Part shown: positions 58,376 to 64,000 of the stretch, piece after piece
Numbering within the stretch: position 1 is the stretch's first letter
Layout: every line of letters starts with the position of its first letter
Origin: Bdellovibrionota bacterium
Lineage (GTDB): Bacteria; Bdellovibrionota_C; UBA2361; CAKMMH01
DNA: 64,000 bases
Direction: 5' to 3'
NCBI GenBank assembly: GCA_050952645.1
Contig: JBMNLI010000014.1
Coordinates: 1 to 64,000, forward strand
Translations under genes and position numbers: made by a program
The notes under the pieces: model-generated
Database searches by the model: none
The model's input: the letters and a program-made list of their open reading frames with translations, nothing else
Told to the model about the DNA's origin: nothing

Positions 58376-59428
58376 ATGAGGAAAACATTTTTGGTTTTAT
58401 CGTTATATATAATCGCTTGCTCCGTTTCTGCTTGCTCAAATATAAGTCAAAAAACGACCCTAGGAGCTATAATCGGAGGCTTGGTAGGAGGAAGTGTCGG
58501 AGCCGTTGTCGGCCATCAATCAGATGAGGTTGGGGCAGGAGTGGCTATTGGCGCTGCGGCTGGAGCTGGTATAGGAGCTTTAATCGGAGCTAATTTAGAA
58601 GATGGTAATTCTTCAAGTCCTGATAAAATAATAACTAGCCAAGATAGAGCGTTTTACCCAGTTAATAATAATTTTAGCGATAATTATGAAACTAGTAATT
58701 TTATAGGCTATAATGAAACTTTTTCGCAAAATGAAAGTGGAAATTTTGCAAAATTTGCCTATAATGATAATAGTTTTAATGGTAATAGTAATTTAAATAA
58801 AGGAGTGTCTTTATATTCTTCAGGATACTACGGCGCTATAAATGGTGGCACTTATTCTAGTGATTATAATAGCAATCTCTTAAATTACGTTAATACTGGG
58901 CAAACTAAAGGTTATTTAGGAGCTTTGAATATAGATAAAGGGATAATGCCTAATAAAATAATGCCAAATAAAGAAGAATATATTACAAATAATTATGCTA
59001 CTAATAATACTTATAATAATAACACTTACGCTAGCATTAATGATATTCCTAATGCACAAAATATAGAGTATCCAAAGGCTTCGTATAGTTGGGATAATAA
59101 TCCAATTAACAAGGAAAGTGGTGTTTCGGTAAATAATGTAAGCCTTAATGCTGATATATATAATGAACTTAGTAATGATTGCGAAAAAGCTAAAGCTAAG
59201 GCTACTCTAGCAAAGCAAACGGAAGTACTCGCAGATAAACTTTTTTATTATAGAAAAGCCTTAAGGTTATGTCCAAGTTCACCCGAGTACCATAATGGGT
59301 TAGGTGAGGTTTATATGGTGCTTAATCGTAGAGAAGATGCAGTGTTCGAGTTTAAGGAGGCTTTAAAATTAAATCCTGAGTTTTATACTGCAAAAAAGAA
59401 TTTAAATATAGCAGAAAACAAATATTAG
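58376..59428 (+). CDS. Glycine-zipper 2TM lipoprotein with C-terminal TPR
   Basis: Lipobox VSAC; GAIIGGLVGGSVGAVVG...GAAAGAGIGALIG; TPR YHNGLGEVY...A...FKEALKLNP. Confidence 0.85.
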   Translation: MRKTFLVLSLYIIACSVSACSNISQKTTLGAIIGGLVGGSVGAVVGHQSDEVGAGVAIGAAAGAGIGALIGANLEDGNSSSPDKIITSQDRAFYPVNNNFSDNYETSNFIGYNETFSQNESGNFAKFAYNDNSFNGNSNLNKGVSLYSSGYYGAINGGTYSSDYNSNLLNYVNTGQTKGYLGALNIDKGIMPNKIMPNKEEYITNNYATNNTYNNNTYASINDIPNAQNIEYPKASYSWDNNPINKESGVSVNNVSLNADIYNELSNDCEKAKAKATLAKQTEVLADKLFYYRKALRLCPSSPEYHNGLGEVYMVLNRREDAVFEFKEALKLNPEFYTAKKNLNIAENKY

Positions 59429-59529
59429 TTTTTTAAAGGTTTATAAGTTAAAGATTTAATTTAAGCCTTAATAAATTTTAATATTCGTTTTAATATTCGT
59501 TTGAGTGATTTGTCTGTAGGTAGTTATAT

Positions 59530-60447
59530 ATGAAAAAAATTGTATTAGTATTTTTATTTGCTTTACTTTTTAGTTTTACTTTTAATAGTTATGCAAATAA
59601 TAGTCATGCAGAAGATTTAACTCGAGATGTAAATAATAAGCTAGAAACACCCGATACGACTCCTAATGTAGCAATCGATGTAGATGGTATGGTTGAAAAA
59701 ATAGAAACGATAGCTATAAATAATAATATTGATAATAATAAAGTTGATAATAATAATATAGATGATGCTAAAGAAGTAAACGATATAAAAAAAGAAGATA
59801 CAGATAAAGAAGATACGCAAGAATGGCAAAAAGTTGAGGCTGTAGTTAATAATGTAAATGAAAATATAGATAGCAATATAGAAAATAAAAACATAGATGA
59901 AAAAGATATAACGGATAAAAATATTGAAGATAAAAATATAGAAGATATTAAGAGTAAAGGTCTTTATGATAGCTCGCTCGATTGGATAGATGAAGAGGAA
60001 CAAGCAAAGAAAGAAAAATTTATACTAGATTACAAGCAAGCTAGAACTAATGAGGCAATAGTGGATATTTTAAGAAGTAGGTCGCTAGATGCGAGAGTCG
60101 ATGCAAGGGGCATTATAATCAATTTAGAAAATGCATTATTTGAATTTAATAGCGCAACGCTATCTCCTAAAGCACGTCCTCATATAAAAGAAATAGCAAA
60201 GTTTTTACAATCTCTTCCCGAAAGAACCGTTGAGGCACAAGGACACACGGATTCCGTTGGAACCGTTATTTATAATTATAAATTATCGCAAGGTCGTGCT
60301 AAAAATGTCGTTCAAGAACTAGTTGAAAATGGCGTAAGCCGTTCAAGATTAGAGTATAAAGGCTATGGAGAAAGCGATCCTATTGCAACAAATAGAACCG
60401 AAGAGGGCAGAGAAAGAAATAGGCGTGTAGAGTTAGTAGTAAAGTAG
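59530..60447 (+). CDS. OmpA/MotB C-terminal domain protein
   Basis: Signal peptide; LFEFNSATL, GHTDSVG, LSQGRA, GYGESDP and NRRVE. Confidence 0.92.
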   Translation: MKKIVLVFLFALLFSFTFNSYANNSHAEDLTRDVNNKLETPDTTPNVAIDVDGMVEKIETIAINNNIDNNKVDNNNIDDAKEVNDIKKEDTDKEDTQEWQKVEAVVNNVNENIDSNIENKNIDEKDITDKNIEDKNIEDIKSKGLYDSSLDWIDEEEQAKKEKFILDYKQARTNEAIVDILRSRSLDARVDARGIIINLENALFEFNSATLSPKARPHIKEIAKFLQSLPERTVEAQGHTDSVGTVIYNYKLSQGRAKNVVQELVENGVSRSRLEYKGYGESDPIATNRTEEGRERNRRVELVVK

Positions 60448-60502
60448 TTTATTACGACTAGCTAAAAATTAAAGATTTTTTTTAAAGATGTAATTTTATT
60501 AA

Positions 60503-61630
60503 ATGAAAGTAGCAATAGTTCATGATTGGCTTACAGGTATGCGTGGTGGGGAAAGATGCTTAGAGGCGTTCCTAGATATATACCCAGATGCCGATATCTT
60601 TACGATGATACATATAAAAGGCACTACATCTAAAAGGATAGACGGTAGAGTTAAAAAAGTATCATTTCTAAACAAAATCCCAAATATAAAAAAATATTAT
60701 AGGTATTTTTTGCCATTATACCCTTTTGCTATAAAAAGTTTTGATTTTTCAGGATACGATCTAATAATATCTTTAAGTCATGCGGTTGCAAAAAATATCA
60801 ACAAACCTAAAAATGCAGTGCATGTTTCGTATATTTTTACACCTATGAGATACGCTTGGGATCAAGCTAAAAATTATTTTGGAAAGCTTACATATTTATT
60901 ATATCCGCTTTTAATTTGTTTAAGGTATTGGGATAAATATCAATCTAAAAATGTCGACTATTTCGTTGCTATAAGTAATTTTGTAAAAGCAAGAGTAAGA
61001 TGCTTTTATAAGCGTAAAGCTTACGTTATTTATCCGCCTTGTCAAAGCAAATGGAAGATAGCGCCTAGTGATGAATTTAAAAAAGGAGAGGCTTTTTTAC
61101 TCGCAGGAGCTATGGTTCCGTATAAATACCCAGATGTGGCAGTCAAGGTTTTTTCAAAGCTCGATTTGCCTCTTTGGGTAGTAGGAACTGGTCCTATGAA
61201 AGAAGAGCTAGAAGTGATAAAAACGCCTAATATTAAATTTTTAGGAAGAATCGATGATAAGGAGTTTTCGCATTATTACCAAAACTCTAGGGCGTTAATT
61301 TTCCCAGGCAAGGAAGACTTTGGTATAATTCCTATCGAATGCTTAGCTAGTGGAAGACCAGTTATAGGGCTTTACGATGGAGCTCTAAAAGAGACTATAA
61401 AAGGGGTTCGTTACTGGAAGGATGAGAAAATTACTAATCATAATGGAGTTTATATTAAGAAAGGCAAAGATAGAGAGAAAAATTTAAAAGAAGCATTAGA
61501 GTATTTTATAGCAAACGAAGAAAAGTTTTTGTCAAAAAATTGCGTGGAGCAATCGATAAAATACACGGAAGATAATTTTAAAGCTAACTGGAATATATTT
61601 ATTAGTGATGTTTTTAATAAAAAGTTTTAA
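60503..61630 (+). CDS. Glycosyltransferase family 4
   Basis: KVAIVHDWLTGMRGGE and EDFGIIPIECLASGRPVI. Confidence 0.93.
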   Translation: MKVAIVHDWLTGMRGGERCLEAFLDIYPDADIFTMIHIKGTTSKRIDGRVKKVSFLNKIPNIKKYYRYFLPLYPFAIKSFDFSGYDLIISLSHAVAKNINKPKNAVHVSYIFTPMRYAWDQAKNYFGKLTYLLYPLLICLRYWDKYQSKNVDYFVAISNFVKARVRCFYKRKAYVIYPPCQSKWKIAPSDEFKKGEAFLLAGAMVPYKYPDVAVKVFSKLDLPLWVVGTGPMKEELEVIKTPNIKFLGRIDDKEFSHYYQNSRALIFPGKEDFGIIPIECLASGRPVIGLYDGALKETIKGVRYWKDEKITNHNGVYIKKGKDREKNLKEALEYFIANEEKFLSKNCVEQSIKYTEDNFKANWNIFISDVFNKKF

Positions 61631-61656
61631 ATAAGAAGTTTTAAATAAAAAGAAAT

Positions 61657-61761
61657 AGCTCTCGCACTTTTTAAAAGGTAGCTTTAAACAAAAATTATAT
61701 TTTTCGTTAGTTTAAAATAAAAAATTTAGTATTAATATTTAAGATGTATGCGTAAGAGAGC
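61657..61761. mobile_element. Possible highly degenerate MITE
   Basis: GCTCTCGCACTTTTTAAAAGGT...TGCGTAAGAGAGC imperfect terminal repeats; family-like size. Confidence 0.4.
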
Positions 61762-61846
61762 AAAAAAAGGTAAGACTTAATATAAATTTCTAAAAAGTAA
61801 AGAACTAAAAAAATTAAAAAAAATTAGAAAAGAAAGTTTAAAAAAT

Positions 61847-63253
61847 ATGTTAAAAGAAAGAAGACAACTAGTAGAAGTTTTTTTTGTTATATTCGATCTG
61901 TTTTTTATAGCGGTAGCTTGGGTTCTAGCTTATTACATAAGATTTTATTCAGGGATAGTAATCGTCGATAAGGGGATACCTCCATTTTCACAATATTTTT
62001 GGATCTTGATAGTCGTTTTGCCCATATGGTTTTTAGCTTATAAGCTAGGCGGGCTTTACGTTCCACTAAGAGCGACGGCTCGCAAATCGTATGAAAGTTT
62101 TTTACTTATTAGGGCCAATAGTATCGCAATACTAGTTCTTATCTCTTACACGTATTTAGTGCAAGAAAGAACTTTAGAGGTTTCAAGGTTAGTGCTTTTT
62201 TATTTTGCAGTCTTATCTACACTATTTGGGATATTAGGAAGAAGCGTTTTAAGGCGTTTTTTAAGGGATATAAGAAGAAAGGGTTATAACTTAAAGTTTA
62301 TGCTTATAATAGGTGGAGGAAAGGTAGCAAAGGATGTTGCAGAAAGAATTAGAAAAAGAAAAGACTACGGCATTCAACTAATAGGGTGTTTAAATAAAAC
62401 CGGTGAAAGTAGTAAAGAGATAGATCTCCCAGTTTTAGGGAAATATGAAGATTTAAGAGATATATTAGATAAAAAGCAAATAGATATGGTAGTAGTAGCT
62501 CTTCCATTAGAAGACAATCAAATGCTTCCCGTGGTGATGAAAGTTTTAAGCGATTCGGTAGTCGATGTTAAAATAGTTCCAGATGTTTACCAATTTATAA
62601 GTGTAGGAGGGTTTATCCAAGATTTCGATGGTCTCCCAGTTTTAGGTCTCCAAGAGTCTACTATCGATGGAATCAATTATTGGATAAAAAGAGTGTTCGA
62701 TATTGTAGTATCATTGCTTCTTATAATTCTTTTAGCACCACTTATGCTTTTAATAGCAATCCTTGTAAAATTAACGTCTAGGGGATCTTGTATTTATAAG
62801 CAAGAGAGAATGAGTTTAGATGGCTCATCGTTTCAGATGTTAAAGTTTAGAACGATGAAACAAGATGCTGAAAAATCGGGGCCAGGGTGGACGGTAAAAA
62901 ATGATGAAAGAGTCACGGGCTTAGGAAAATTTTTACGTGCTTATAGTCTAGATGAGCTTCCGCAGCTTTTTAATGTTCTAAAGGGTGATATGTCGCTAGT
63001 AGGACCTCGCCCTGAAAGACCAGTGTATATTCAAGAGTTTAGAAAAAAAATTTTCTCATTATATGATAAGACATAAAGTAAAATCTGGCATAACGGGTTA
63101 TGCACAAATAAAGGGGTGGCGAGGGGGGACACTTCGATAGATAAGCGTATAGAGTGCGACTTATATTATATAGAAAACTGGTCGCTTTTCTTTGATTTAA
63201 AAATACTCTTTTTAACTATCTTTAGTGTATTTAAAAAGACGAACGCTTACTAG
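61847..63253 (+). CDS. Undecaprenyl-phosphate sugar phosphotransferase (WcaJ-like), two apparent frameshifts
   Basis: KRVFD, KFRTM, DELPQLFNVLKGDMSLVGPRPE. The C-terminus (RHKVKSGITGYAQ, then DLYYIENWS...NAY*) continues in shifted frames after A8 (63043-63050) and G6 (63123-63128). Confidence 0.9.
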
Positions 63254-63294
63254 AGGCTTTGTTAATATTCTTAAATTTTATATTTTCAAGTTTT

Positions 63295-64000
63295 ATGATA
63301 ATCAAAAAAATAAAAAATTTAAATTTAGAAGAGATTGCTGAAAGTGGGCAAATTTTTAGAATGAATAAAAATAAAGATAATTCTTTTAATATTATTTCTA
63401 AAGATAAATTTTTAAAAGTTAAAGAAGCTAAGAGTGGTGAGTTTCATTTTTATTGCGAAAGGAAAGAGTTTGAAAATTATTGGAAGAACTTTTTTGATTT
63501 AGAAACTGATTATTCAAAAATTTTAAGTTTGATAGATAAGAATGATAAATTTTTATACGAAGCTAGCAAGGCTGGAAGTGGCATAAGGATATTAAGGCAA
63601 GACCTTTTTGAGACGATTATTAGTTTTATAATTTCTCAGCAAAATAATATTCCTAAGATAAAAAATACCATAGAAAAGCTTTGTAAAAAATTTGGTGAAT
63701 TAAAAGAAGATAAAGAAACGGGATGCAAGTTTTTCGCATTTCCTAAAGCTAAAGATTTGCGTAATATAAAAGACCTTCAAGGCTTATCTTTTAGGATATC
63801 GAGATAAATATATAAGTGCGTTTTGTCAAAGCGTGTGTAATAAAACTTTTTTATTAGAAGAGTTAGAAAATAAGAGCAATGAAGAAGAGTGTTTAGAAAA
63901 GCTTTTAAGTATTTATGGGGTAGGTAAGAAAGTTGCTAATTGCGTTTTACTTTTTTCGCTTCATAAATTAAATGCTTTTCCTGTAGATACGTGGATAAAA
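63295..64000 (+). CDS. 8-oxoguanine DNA glycosylase (OGG, HhH-GPD), frameshift at 63789-63792, runs off window
   Basis: SGQIFR, GIRILRQD, SQQNNIPKI; after the shift LGYRDKYI...GVGKKVANCVLLF...FPVDTW. Confidence 0.9.

Noticed and set aside
1..64000. Alternative genetic code
   Set aside because: Conserved genes translate full length with the standard code; the breaks are frameshifts, not in-frame stops.

Overview
Very AT-rich Gram-negative bacterial chromosome segment. The gene content (T2SS, rpoN, kdsD, smc-ftsY, fabV, AMIN and OmpA proteins) suggests a deltaproteobacterial/Bdellovibrionota-like lineage, which is inference only. Left to right it holds: a surface-glycan modification locus (1-7.6 kb); a three-lipoprotein operon interrupted by an intact IS1634-family element; pcnB, rnhA and the gspG-H-I-J pseudopilins; a 1106-aa Ser-rich/Cys-rich mucin-like protein; fabV, nth, kdsD and rpoN; an opposite-strand CntK-like racemase + VanX-like dipeptidase pair; hpf, gspCDEF, smc, ftsY, rpmB and PBP1A; a degenerate DEAD-box protein; lspA, a GT-C-like gene, OmpA-type genes, GT4, a WcaJ-like transferase and an 8-oxoguanine glycosylase. 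Intergenic DNA carries a family of ISL3-like MITEs (about 9 copies, three with perfect 8-bp target duplications) and many 10-16 bp tandem microduplications. Five genes are broken at homopolymer runs, most likely long-read consensus errors. I saw no rRNA, tRNA or CRISPR array. All family assignments come from motif recognition by eye; no database search was run.
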